A stretch of DNA of 35,768 nucleotides from contig JAJZYA010000001.1 in the NCBI GenBank assembly GCA_021806285.1, positions 1 to 35,768 on the forward strand, given 5' to 3'. Source of the DNA: a bacterium (GTDB lineage Bacteria; Patescibacteriota; Saccharimonadia; Saccharimonadales; UBA4665). Position 1 is the stretch's first letter, and each line of letters opens with the position of its first letter. The notes beneath the pieces were generated by a model. That model was given only the letters and a program-made list of their open reading frames with translations, was not told the origin of the DNA and made no database searches. Made by a program: the position numbers and the translations under genes. Positions 18,747 to 27,646 of the stretch are shown here, piece after piece.

Positions 18747-20044
18747 ACTATAATTTCTTCAATACTGTTTAACGTTTCTTCTAATGTAAAGTATTCGCCT
18801 TGAACACCTGTTAACTTAGTCATAACATTCAAATTCTGAGCAAAATTAGCTATTAACTTTTTGGCTTTGTTATAGTCCGAGCGATCAGTTGGGCTAAGTT
18901 CACTTTCTCCAATAATCGCAATAATAGCTCTTAATGATTCATATTTTTTAAGAAGGGCTTGCACTTGAACGCTCAAAAGATAATGTCTATCTCCAACTAT
19001 TTCTGGAGTTAATAGCGAAGAAGAAGTACTGTTTAAATCGACGGCTGGTCTTATTCCCTGTTCAGCAACTTTTCTAGACAGAACAATAATTGAGTCCATT
19101 TCATTTTGAATCATTTGAACGGCCGGATCAGTTATATCGTCAGCTGGGACGTATATAGTTTGAATCGAAGTTATTGAACCGTTGTCATTAGAAGATAATC
19201 TGTCCTGAAGAGTCTTAACGTCACTAAAGAAAGTAGCACCGTATCCACCTTCGTTTGGAACCTGTTCCAAAACCGTTGAGAGCTCATTACGAGCTTGAAC
19301 GAATCGATACATATTGTCGGCAAAGAATAAGACATCCTTCTTATCATTATCTCGAAAATATTCCGCAGCAGTTGCTGCCGATAATCCAATCAAAGAACGT
19401 TGGATCGGATTCTCGTTCGTTTGAGCAAAAAAGAGAGCTGTATTTTTTAATAAATCATTTTCCCTTAGGGTGACCCAAAGTTCATGACCCTCACGTATAC
19501 GTTCACCCATACCGCTAAAAATTGAAAGACTCGAAGAATTTTTAGAAGTATTATTAATAAGTTCCATGGTTAAAACGGTTTTACCAACGCCGGCTCCTCC
19601 AATAATTCCAACTTTGCGACCCTTAACGAAAGGTGTAAAGAAATCAATAACCTTTATACCTGTCTCCATTATTTGAGGTTTAGACACTTTGTATTGTTCG
19701 CTCTTTTTATAATAATTTAATATATTTTTCATGGGTACATTACCCTTAATTTGATCAAGACCATCAAGTGGTTGACCAAAAGTATCTAGAACTCTTCCAA
19801 TGATTTTATCTCCGACTGGGATTTCAATCATCTGAGAGGTCCTTCGAACTTCTTGACCCGTCTTTAAAGTTAGATCAGAATTTAGGTTAAGACAATAAGC
19901 AATTTGGTTATCTTCAAAATGTTCAACCATCAAGTTAGTGTTATTGGGGTTATTAACTACTAAGAGTTCATTTAATTCAGGTGGATCATCGTCAAACTGA
20001 ACTTTAACAATCAATTCTTTGACCCCTTTTATTACCCCAGACAT
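18743..20044 (-). CDS. atpD: F1 ATP synthase beta subunit (short, 433 aa)
   Basis: Walker A GGAGVGKTVLTMELINN, GERIREG, DNMYRFVQA, IQTIYVPADDITDPA. The DELSEED position reads ESELSPTD (nt 18884-18907). Confidence 0.93.
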   Translation of the reverse strand: MSGVIKGVKELIVKVQFDDDPPELNELLVVNNPNNTNLMVEHFEDNQIAYCLNLNSDLTLKTGQEVRRTSQMIEIPVGDKIIGRVLDTFGQPLDGLDQIKGNVPMKNILNYYKKSEQYKVSKPQIMETGIKVIDFFTPFVKGRKVGIIGGAGVGKTVLTMELINNTSKNSSSLSIFSGMGERIREGHELWVTLRENDLLKNTALFFAQTNENPIQRSLIGLSAATAAEYFRDNDKKDVLFFADNMYRFVQARNELSTVLEQVPNEGGYGATFFSDVKTLQDRLSSNDNGSITSIQTIYVPADDITDPAVQMIQNEMDSIIVLSRKVAEQGIRPAVDLNSTSSSLLTPEIVGDRHYLLSVQVQALLKKYESLRAIIAIIGESELSPTDRSDYNKAKKLIANFAQNLNVMTKLTGVQGEYFTLEETLNSIEEIIV

Positions 20045-20901
20045 TATTTAGCCCCCTTAGTTGCCAATCTAAAGGCATTGGTTATCTCTCTTAAGCGTTG
20101 ATCTCTGAAATTTCTTCTGGCTCGATTTAGATTTAAAGTAATATTCTCTTTTTGATCAAGAGCAAGATGGTTGGAAGTGCTCATAGCCTTAAAGCGTGAA
20201 GCAAATTGAGCTAATTTAGAACTTAAAATCAATTGACTCAAGGCGATTTGAATCATAGATTTTTCTAGATGAGCTGCAACTTCATGAGTATTTGGTTCAA
20301 ATATATAGGTACGGTTGCTAATAGTATCTTTTGATTCTTTATTTATATTAATCTTGACAGCTTCACTTAAGTCAATACTTTTTACTTCTTGGTTCATTAA
20401 GGTTATATAGCTCTGATAATATACTTTTGTTCTAGGATAATTTTGTAAGATTTTTAGAATAGGCTGGGTATTAATGTTCTGATCAACCGTCGGTAATTTA
20501 AAATATTTAATGTAATCAATACTTTTTTGGGCTAACTGGATGGCGCCATGATAACCAATAACAACAACATCGTGTTTATTAGGGTCGTAACTTTCTAACA
20601 TAAAATTAACCAACTTTAAATCGATATCTCCGCTAAAACCTCCTTCAGCGGTAATAATAATATAAAGATCCTTATTAGATAAATGATGATCCTTACTAGC
20701 AATACGACCGTAATTAAAGTCATCTTCAACTCTTAAAAGACGATATATATTCCAAAGTTCATTAAAAAATTTAGTTGAAACTTCTACTCTTTTTTTTGTT
20801 TGAGCCACTTTTAAACTAGCAATTCCTTGAAAAGCACTGGTTAATTCCACTAGTACCGATACATTGTCCTGTTCTTTTTTAAGTTGGTCAATGAGATTCA
20901 T
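20044..20901 (-). CDS. atpG: F1 ATP synthase gamma subunit
   Basis: 285 aa between alpha and beta. N- and C-terminal helices typical of gamma (C-terminus LNRARRNFRDQRLREITNAF, compare the gamma motif NKxRQAxITxELxEI). ATGA and TAATG coupling to its neighbours. Confidence 0.8.
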   Translation of the reverse strand: MNLIDQLKKEQDNVSVLVELTSAFQGIASLKVAQTKKRVEVSTKFFNELWNIYRLLRVEDDFNYGRIASKDHHLSNKDLYIIITAEGGFSGDIDLKLVNFMLESYDPNKHDVVVIGYHGAIQLAQKSIDYIKYFKLPTVDQNINTQPILKILQNYPRTKVYYQSYITLMNQEVKSIDLSEAVKININKESKDTISNRTYIFEPNTHEVAAHLEKSMIQIALSQLILSSKLAQFASRFKAMSTSNHLALDQKENITLNLNRARRNFRDQRLREITNAFRLATKGAK

Positions 20902-22364
20902 GTTTCTACTCCATTTTGATTAGAACTTGGGTTTGGCAATACGTGATGACTAACGTATTTATTCTTTAATTCAGTTAAAATTCTGTCAAAATCTGATTCT
21001 TCCTTATATTGTTGAGAAATATCTTTAACACCTTTTTTAAGATCTTCTATATCCAGACGATCCCCCAAATCTAGCGAAATAATTAAACTTAGTATTAATT
21101 GCTGCTCTATTAAAGAATAAGAGATACTGGGAATTTGATTAAAGCTATTGAGGATTAGGTCTCCTAAGAACAAAGATCTCTTAGATTCCTCGCTAAGTTC
21201 GCTTCCAAAATGAGAAAACTCCTTAGCTTCCCGGTAATCAGCAAGTATTTTTAAGATTTCGACCGCTATTTTTTTCTGTCTTTCATTATGACCTAGACCT
21301 CCCGCCCTAGTTACGCTTAGACCAAGATTAAGGGCTGGTCGAAAACCATTTCTAAAAGTATCCATGTCTAAAATCCATTGTCCATCAGTGATTGACATGA
21401 TATTAGTTGGTAAATAGGCCGTAATATCTCCATTAGCAACGTGTGATACTGGAATTGAAGTTAAGCTCTTTTTATTATAATTAAGTCTACCTGCTCTTTC
21501 TAATAACCTGGAATGCGAATAAAACATATCCCCTGGGTACGAGTCTCTTCCAGGACTTGAACCAGAAAGCAATGAAATCTCTCGATAGGCATGAGCGTGA
21601 GAAGTTAAATCGTCATAAATAATTACAACATCTCTATCTTTTTTAAGCCAAAGATATTCAGCCATCGAACAAGCTACATAAGGTGCCAAATAATTTAAGA
21701 CTAATGAGTCAAAAATAGTCGATACTATCATTATTGTATTCTCAATTCCACCATTCTCTGTTAATTTGTTAACGATGGCATCAATATCAATTTTTCTTTT
21801 AGCGATTAAACAATACACAACAACTTGATCGGTTTTTTGTTGGTTTATAGCAATTTGGGCAGCAAAGGTAGATTTTCCAGATTTTGCATCTCCTAAAAGA
21901 GCCATTCTTTGGCCCTTAACTATTGGAAAGACGCTATCTACAACCATTATCCCAGTTTCTAGCTGGTCACTTAAAAGTTCTCGATCATTGATATTAGTTG
22001 CTTTATTAAAAATAGGCCAAGCACTTTCCGCCACTATTGGACCTTTACCGTCAAGAGGTTCAGCATTAACTCCTACGATTCGGCCAATGAAATCTTCTCC
22101 AACTTTTGTCAAGAGCTGCTCGTGCTGAATAACTGCTACACTACCAACCGTAACTTCTTTTTTGCCCATGTGCATAACTTTAACCAAATTGCCATCAACC
22201 TCGCTTACAAAGCCCTTACTACCATCTTCAAACAAAACTAAAGAATGCACACTGCAGGGCTGAAGCCCCTTAACTTTTACCATGAATTTATTAACGGCCA
22301 CGACTTCACCAACTGGATTTTTAGATTCTAATAATTTTTTAAAATGAGCTCTAGCTTGTGGCAT
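20898..22364 (-). CDS. atpA: F1 ATP synthase alpha subunit
   Basis: 488 aa. P-loop GDAKSGKST (canonical GDRQTGKT). IYDDLTSHAHAYREISLL, ITAYLPTNIMSITDGQ, arginine-finger context GFRPALNLGLSVTR. Confidence 0.92.
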   Translation of the reverse strand: MPQARAHFKKLLESKNPVGEVVAVNKFMVKVKGLQPCSVHSLVLFEDGSKGFVSEVDGNLVKVMHMGKKEVTVGSVAVIQHEQLLTKVGEDFIGRIVGVNAEPLDGKGPIVAESAWPIFNKATNINDRELLSDQLETGIMVVDSVFPIVKGQRMALLGDAKSGKSTFAAQIAINQQKTDQVVVYCLIAKRKIDIDAIVNKLTENGGIENTIMIVSTIFDSLVLNYLAPYVACSMAEYLWLKKDRDVVIIYDDLTSHAHAYREISLLSGSSPGRDSYPGDMFYSHSRLLERAGRLNYNKKSLTSIPVSHVANGDITAYLPTNIMSITDGQWILDMDTFRNGFRPALNLGLSVTRAGGLGHNERQKKIAVEILKILADYREAKEFSHFGSELSEESKRSLFLGDLILNSFNQIPSISYSLIEQQLILSLIISLDLGDRLDIEDLKKGVKDISQQYKEESDFDRILTELKNKYVSHHVLPNPSSNQNGVET

Positions 22365-22848
22365 CTTTGTTTACCTCGCTAATTTTTTTAACTAGAAGCT
22401 CTTTATTGTTTCTAAGAATATTTCCAAGGCTAAAATCAAAATATTTATTAGTAGTCCTTAGTGTAAATCCTACACCTATGGAATTATTTAAACCGGTGGT
22501 TAATAAAATATTGGGATCAATATTCTTTCTGAGCCATTCTATCAGCTTATTTAAGACTAATTCGCTAGTTGGTTGTGTAAAGCTAAAATGCATCACTTTA
22601 GCATTATTTTGGAGATCTTCTAAAAAGTCGCGAAGATTCTTTAGATCTACGGAGTTTGTTAGATCCAATTCATTATGCTTAATCATGCCCTTTAGATTGA
22701 AAGAAAGACTTAAGTCTTTAGTTTGATCATCCCCCCTAATACGTCGCTCTGATATACTGTTCTCAACCATATCTAATTCTCTGATGAGTTTTCTAAGCTG
22801 AGAAGGTTTTTGAATTGATGAAATTAAACTTATTTCTTTAGATGCCAT
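22351..22848 (-). CDS. atpH: probable F1 ATP synthase delta (OSCP) subunit
   Basis: Lies between b and alpha. C-terminal part IDPNILLTTGLNNSIGVGFTLRTTNKYFDFSLGNIL fits the OSCP pattern (vd.sliGG..v..g....D.S....L). ATG at 22848 is preferred; the ORF-track start at 22863 is a TTG. Confidence 0.6.
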   Translation of the reverse strand: MASKEISLISSIQKPSQLRKLIRELDMVENSISERRIRGDDQTKDLSLSFNLKGMIKHNELDLTNSVDLKNLRDFLEDLQNNAKVMHFSFTQPTSELVLNKLIEWLRKNIDPNILLTTGLNNSIGVGFTLRTTNKYFDFSLGNILRNNKELLVKKISEVNKDATS

Positions 22849-23470
22849 GCTTAAGATCCTCAATAATTACTTCTTTGTTTTGATCAAGTTCTCCTAAAAT
22901 ATAATCTAACTGATCTTCAAGATCGATCTGATCTCCGATAGCTTCTATTAGGTAGTGGCTAATAATATCTGTCATGTTTTGTTCCATGTTACCTATTAAT
23001 TTTTCCTTCTCTACATCTAGATCTTTTCTAACTTCTTCGGTTATAGTTTTTCTTTGGTTTTCAAGCGTATCAAGGGTCTTTTGTATAGATTCGATCGCCA
23101 TTTGTTTAGCATCTCCAATCGACTGCTCGTATTTAGAGAATTCTTCCTTAAGAGTAGAGCTTATCTCAGATTTCATAAAGTCGTTAAGTTGAGAAGTAGT
23201 TAAACGAAGATCTTGCTGAAGAAACATAGCATTTTCTCCGATAATTTTTTCAAAATAAAGTCTTCCTCTATTTCTGAGCTCTTCCCGAAATTCTCTGTTA
23301 AAGATATGTTCAACGTCTGCTTCCGGAGACTTTCCAAGACTTTCTAAGAGTTGATTTTTAGGGCTCTTTTGGTTTTTTTGAATCTCATTTAATTTATATG
23401 CTAACCATATAAAAGCTATCGTGAAGGCAGTTAGTATAGCAATGATAGTGTAGATCCACCAGACATTCAT
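22838..23470 (-). CDS. atpF: probable Fo ATP synthase b subunit
   Basis: 210 aa, one N-terminal TM (WWIYTIIAILTAFTIAFIWLAY), then a long charged helical region. First gene of the atp block. Assigned by position and architecture only. Confidence 0.55.
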   Translation of the reverse strand: MNVWWIYTIIAILTAFTIAFIWLAYKLNEIQKNQKSPKNQLLESLGKSPEADVEHIFNREFREELRNRGRLYFEKIIGENAMFLQQDLRLTTSQLNDFMKSEISSTLKEEFSKYEQSIGDAKQMAIESIQKTLDTLENQRKTITEEVRKDLDVEKEKLIGNMEQNMTDIISHYLIEAIGDQIDLEDQLDYILGELDQNKEVIIEDLKHGI

Positions 23471-23544
23471 TAATTTTTACCCACCGTTTTCTAGTATAAA
23501 CCTTATGCTAATATTATTAGATTATACCTTGAATTGAAATAATA

Positions 23545-24678
23545 CTAAATATCTTTTTGAAGATTTTTGATTAAACTTAGGATATCTCTCTTGGTAGTAA
23601 AACGTCCAAGGGTAATTCTAATACTATTTTTAATCTCTTGATCGGTTAGTCCAATAGCTTTTAAAACATGTGATGGAGCGTCATTAGATGCGTTGCACGC
23701 CGAACCTGAAGCAATCATTATTCCGAGATTATCTAATTTCATGATTAAGGTTTCATTATCGACACCCTTAATAAGTAAGTTTATATTGTTTGCTAGACGA
23801 TTCTTTAAGGTCCCATTAAGCTTAATTCGATGGTTGGGGTCTAATAAGATTTGATCTATAAATAAATCTCTAAGCTTAGTTAATCTTTGAGATTCTTTGA
23901 TACGATCTTCTTGAACAATACTAAGTGCTTTAACAAATCCTATAATAGCAGCGGTGTTCTCCGTTCCAGATCTTAACGAGAACTCTTGACCACCTCCTTC
24001 AATTAATGGATCAATAGCAATATTAGAATCTATATATAGCATTCCACTTTGTTTAGGGCCATATATTTTACACCCATTTAAAGTCATCATATCGAGGCCT
24101 AATTTAGAGACTGAAAGACTTAAATAGTTAGCAGCTTGGCAAGCGTCACTATGGAAATAAAGAGGTGTTTTTACCGCTCGTTCAGTACGACTTTTTTTGA
24201 TCTCTTTGATAAGTTCAAAAATTTTTCTAAGAGGTTGAATGCTACCAATTTCGTTATTAACATACATTATGCTAACCATTACCGTTTGATCATCTATTAG
24301 ATTCTTTAATTTACTTAAATCTACTATCCCATCTTTAGTCACTGGACATATTTTAGTATTATATCTTGCTGCAGGTTTTAAAATAGAATCGTGTTCGATA
24401 GATGAAACAACTAAATTCTTATCTTTAAACTTATTCATCACTCCTTTTATAGCCAAATTATTGGCTTCACTGCCACCGGCCGTAAAAATTACCTCTTTAG
24501 GCTTAATGTTCAAAATTTTAGCAACCTGATTTCGAGCGTTTCTAATGTCTTTCTTAACTTCGATAGATTTTAAATAGATTGAGGAGGGATTATAGAAATT
24601 ATTCTTAAGATAAGGTTCCATTGAATTATAAACCTCGTCTAATAATGGAGTGGCAGCAGCGTAGTCTAAATAGATCAT
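23545..24678 (-). CDS. cysteine desulfurase (class V aminotransferase, NifS/IscS-like)
   Basis: MIYLDYAAATP N-terminus, SSIEHDS, HSDACQA, PLP-lysine context GCKIYGPKQSG, active-site loop SGSACNASNDAPSHVL. ATG at 24678 is preferred; the ORF-track start at 24693 is a GTG. Confidence 0.88.
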   Translation of the reverse strand: MIYLDYAAATPLLDEVYNSMEPYLKNNFYNPSSIYLKSIEVKKDIRNARNQVAKILNIKPKEVIFTAGGSEANNLAIKGVMNKFKDKNLVVSSIEHDSILKPAARYNTKICPVTKDGIVDLSKLKNLIDDQTVMVSIMYVNNEIGSIQPLRKIFELIKEIKKSRTERAVKTPLYFHSDACQAANYLSLSVSKLGLDMMTLNGCKIYGPKQSGMLYIDSNIAIDPLIEGGGQEFSLRSGTENTAAIIGFVKALSIVQEDRIKESQRLTKLRDLFIDQILLDPNHRIKLNGTLKNRLANNINLLIKGVDNETLIMKLDNLGIMIASGSACNASNDAPSHVLKAIGLTDQEIKNSIRITLGRFTTKRDILSLIKNLQKDI

Positions 24679-24699
24679 AGACCCAGTTTTCACTTTAAA

Positions 24700-25062
24700 T
24701 TAACCGATCATTGTTTGATATCTAGCGCTAACTAGATCAACGTATTTTCTAATAGTATGAATAAGATTAATTGTTTCTTCTTTTGATAAAAGTTTATAGG
24801 GACCCGAATTTTGAGACTTAAGAATGCCACCTTTTGGCCTTAAAATATACTTGGTCATAACAGAATTATAGCCATTATTATCTTTCCAAGCTTCGTGCCA
24901 AATCCAAGTTTTAGAATCTAGGCAAAAAAATTCTCTTTGATGATTTTTAGGAATATCTCCAAATAAATTTCGACCAATTTCAGATTCAAATTTAATTAAT
25001 TTTCTTTCTATGGAAAGCTTTCTTTTATCTGGATTAATGATGATTCTTGGAAGAATAGACAT
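24700..25062 (-). CDS. hypothetical basic protein (120 aa), no family recognised
   Basis: ATG one nt after the TAA of the upstream 82-aa ORF, with a strong GGAGG 9 nt upstream. Lys/Arg- and Trp-rich (KTWIWHEAWKDNNGY). Confidence 0.55.
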   Translation of the reverse strand: MSILPRIIINPDKRKLSIERKLIKFESEIGRNLFGDIPKNHQREFFCLDSKTWIWHEAWKDNNGYNSVMTKYILRPKGGILKSQNSGPYKLLSKEETINLIHTIRKYVDLVSARYQTMIG

Positions 25063-25063
25063 T

Positions 25064-25312
25064 TTAAGCAGCCTCCTGAGATTTATAAATATCTTCTAGA
25101 CGTTCCTGAATCTCTCCTACTACTGCATTACTACCATCGGCTTTAGGTGGTTGGTTGGTAGTTTCAGGAGTTAGGTTTGGAGTAGAAGACTCTTTTTCCA
25201 TTTGATCCGAAATAAGATTAACGATTTCAAGAGAAGCTTGGAATCCATTTAATCTATCTAAAATAGCACTCGTTACTTCGGGAGTTCTAGCGTGTTCCTG
25301 ATTTCTTAACAT
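25064..25312 (-). CDS. hypothetical acidic protein (82 aa), no family recognised
   Basis: ATG with GAAAGG Shine-Dalgarno 7 nt upstream. Glu/Asp-rich with a Pro/Thr-rich centre. Immediately precedes the 120-aa ORF. Confidence 0.5.
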   Translation of the reverse strand: MLRNQEHARTPEVTSAILDRLNGFQASLEIVNLISDQMEKESSTPNLTPETTNQPPKADGSNAVVGEIQERLEDIYKSQEAA

Positions 25313-25343
25313 TAATTACCTTTCTTAAAGTAAAATCTACCTT

Positions 25344-26153
25344 TTAAACACCAAAAAACGCCCTCGCATTTTTAGTGGTCTTAAAGGCTACTTCTGCTAA
25401 ATCCTCACCCCTTAGAGCAGCCAAATAATCAGCGATTACTCGGATGTTTTTAGGCTCATTTATACTACCACGAAAAGGGTTAGGAGTCAAGTAAGGAGAG
25501 TCAGTCTCAAGCACAACGCTATTAATAGGTATACGTTTAAATAATTGGGTTTGGTTTTCGTCTTTAGTAAAAGTTGCAATTCCGTTTATGCCGATTAGAA
25601 AATTTTGGTCTAAAGCTTTTTCTAAATTAGATTGATTATCCGTAAAACTATGCAAGATTGCTCTTATCTTAGTTTTATATGGTTCAATTATTGGCCAAAA
25701 GTCATCGAAAGCATTCCTAACGTGAAATATTAAAGGTAGACTGTATTTAAGAGACATATCTAACTGAAATTTAAGCACTTCTTTTTGGGTACTATGATCG
25801 GAGTAATTGTAGAAATAATCGAGACCACACTCTCCAATAGCGACAACCTTATCTTTTTTGAGTAATTCTTCGAACAGGTTTTTAGAATTCTTAATTTTTA
25901 AGAAATCATTTGCTTCGTGGGGGTGTATTCCAACTGAAGCATAAATATTTGAGCGAGATAAACTTAGGTCTATTGCTTTAATAGAATCCTGTAAAGTGCA
26001 CCCAACTACTATAAGAGTCTTGACTTCTTCTTTATGAGCCCTAGATATTACTTCGTTTAATGTAGAGTTAGATTTTGACCAAAGCCTCGAAGTATGGTCT
26101 TTAGAATCTTCTGCAATTGATTGGATGTGGCAATGCGTATCTATAAATTCCAT
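25344..26153 (-). CDS. tatD: TatD family metal-dependent hydrolase/DNase
   Basis: 269 aa. IDTHCHI metal-binding HxH, GIHPHEA, AIGECGLDY, IFHVRNA, ETDSPYLTP. AGGAAAG Shine-Dalgarno. Confidence 0.9.
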   Translation of the reverse strand: MEFIDTHCHIQSIAEDSKDHTSRLWSKSNSTLNEVISRAHKEEVKTLIVVGCTLQDSIKAIDLSLSRSNIYASVGIHPHEANDFLKIKNSKNLFEELLKKDKVVAIGECGLDYFYNYSDHSTQKEVLKFQLDMSLKYSLPLIFHVRNAFDDFWPIIEPYKTKIRAILHSFTDNQSNLEKALDQNFLIGINGIATFTKDENQTQLFKRIPINSVVLETDSPYLTPNPFRGSINEPKNIRVIADYLAALRGEDLAEVAFKTTKNARAFFGV

Positions 26154-26175
26154 AAAACTTTCCTAAGAATTTAAG

Positions 26176-27609
26176 CTACTTTGTTTTTTGAAATAATATT
26201 TCAACCGTTTGAGGAATTTCAGTCCCACTGAAAAGGTTGGTGATCTTAGTTGAGGTTTCGGGCATAAATGGTTCTAAAAGATCTGCGATCTCGAGAATCG
26301 AACTAACTAAATAAGAGAAGATCTCTTGAAGATGATCAAGGTCATTATCTTTAAATATTGTCCATGGTTTAGTTTCTTCAATATATTGATTAAGTCCCCT
26401 AATCTGTTTCCAAACTTCTTCGATAGCTTGATCAATTCTAAACTCATCTAGAGCGGTTTCGTAATTTTTAATATCGTGTTCGGGCGGAATTCTATTGGGT
26501 ATTTTAAAGTTTAAATATTTTTGGATCATTGCCGACGTTCTTTGCACCAAATTGCCAAGTTCATTAGCTAGTTCGTTGTTATAAACTTCTTCAAAGTTAT
26601 CCCAAGTAAAGTTGCCGTCTGAAGAACTTGGAATATGCCTTAAGAAAAAGTAGCGATAGGCATCAACGCCATGTTTATCAACTATTTCTTTGGGAGCAAT
26701 AACATTTTTAAGAGTCTTAGACATTTTTTTGCCATCAACTACCACAAAACCATGCGCATAAAGACTAATCGGTAGCTTAAGTCCAAGGCTCATTAGCATT
26801 GCAGGCCAAATAGCAGCGTGAAATCTAATGATATCTTTACCTACTATTTGAATATTGGCAGGCCAAAATTGTTTAAAGTCTGAATGTTCAGGATATCCCA
26901 AGACCGTAATATAGTTCATTAAAGCCTCAAACCAAACGTACATGACTTGACTAGGGTCGTTAGGTACATCAATACCCCACTTAATTTTATCTTTCGGCCT
27001 TGATATGCTTATATCTTCTAGGCCTTTGTCGAAAAGGGCTAGGATTTCGTTACGTCGAGTCTTAGGATAAATTTTGAATTTGTTAGATTTTATGGCGTCA
27101 AAAACACTTTCGGAGTATTTGCTAAGTTTAAAAAAGTAATTTTCTTCCTCAATCTTTTCAAAAGGTCGGTTGTGATTTGGGCAAATTCCATTATTGGCCC
27201 TAACTTCGGATTCGCTAAAATAGGCTTCATCACCAGTACAATACCACCCTATATAACTACCCTTATATATATCCTTTTGAAGTTTTTGCCAGATAAGTTG
27301 AGCTCTTTGAACGTGGGCTGGGTCAGTCGTTCGAACGAATCTGTTATTTGAGATATTAAGTAGTTTGGTTAATTCTAAAAATTCTTTGCTAATACTATCG
27401 GCAAGTTCTTGGGCGCTTATTCCTTGAGCTTCAGCTTTCTCGTCGATTTTACCACCATGTTCATCCGTACCTGTAGAGAATATTACTTGCTTATTTTGTT
27501 TCCTAGCTCTTCTGGCATAAACATCCGCTATCAAAAAATCTAAAGCATGTCCTAAATGCGGAACATCATTAACATAGGGTATAGAGGTTGTTACGTAAAA
27601 CTGATTCAT
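26176..27609 (-). CDS. metG: methionine--tRNA ligase (short form, no C-terminal tRNA-binding appendage)
   Basis: 477 aa. HIGH-type PHLGHAL, KMSKT loop (GKKMSKTLKN), VWFEALMNY. Confidence 0.95.
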   Translation of the reverse strand: MNQFYVTTSIPYVNDVPHLGHALDFLIADVYARRARKQNKQVIFSTGTDEHGGKIDEKAEAQGISAQELADSISKEFLELTKLLNISNNRFVRTTDPAHVQRAQLIWQKLQKDIYKGSYIGWYCTGDEAYFSESEVRANNGICPNHNRPFEKIEEENYFFKLSKYSESVFDAIKSNKFKIYPKTRRNEILALFDKGLEDISISRPKDKIKWGIDVPNDPSQVMYVWFEALMNYITVLGYPEHSDFKQFWPANIQIVGKDIIRFHAAIWPAMLMSLGLKLPISLYAHGFVVVDGKKMSKTLKNVIAPKEIVDKHGVDAYRYFFLRHIPSSSDGNFTWDNFEEVYNNELANELGNLVQRTSAMIQKYLNFKIPNRIPPEHDIKNYETALDEFRIDQAIEEVWKQIRGLNQYIEETKPWTIFKDNDLDHLQEIFSYLVSSILEIADLLEPFMPETSTKITNLFSGTEIPQTVEILFQKTK

Positions 27610-27646
27610 TAATCTTATTTTATAATAAAAAGTCGATTGGGATAAA

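Noticed and set aside
23545-24693. The cysteine desulfurase has GCK instead of the usual GHK around the PLP lysine. MetRS (26176-27609) has only a partial zinc-knuckle pattern (single Cys, then CPNH).
   Set aside because: I cannot judge from the sequence alone whether these substitutions are unusual within their subfamilies. They may be normal lineage variation.
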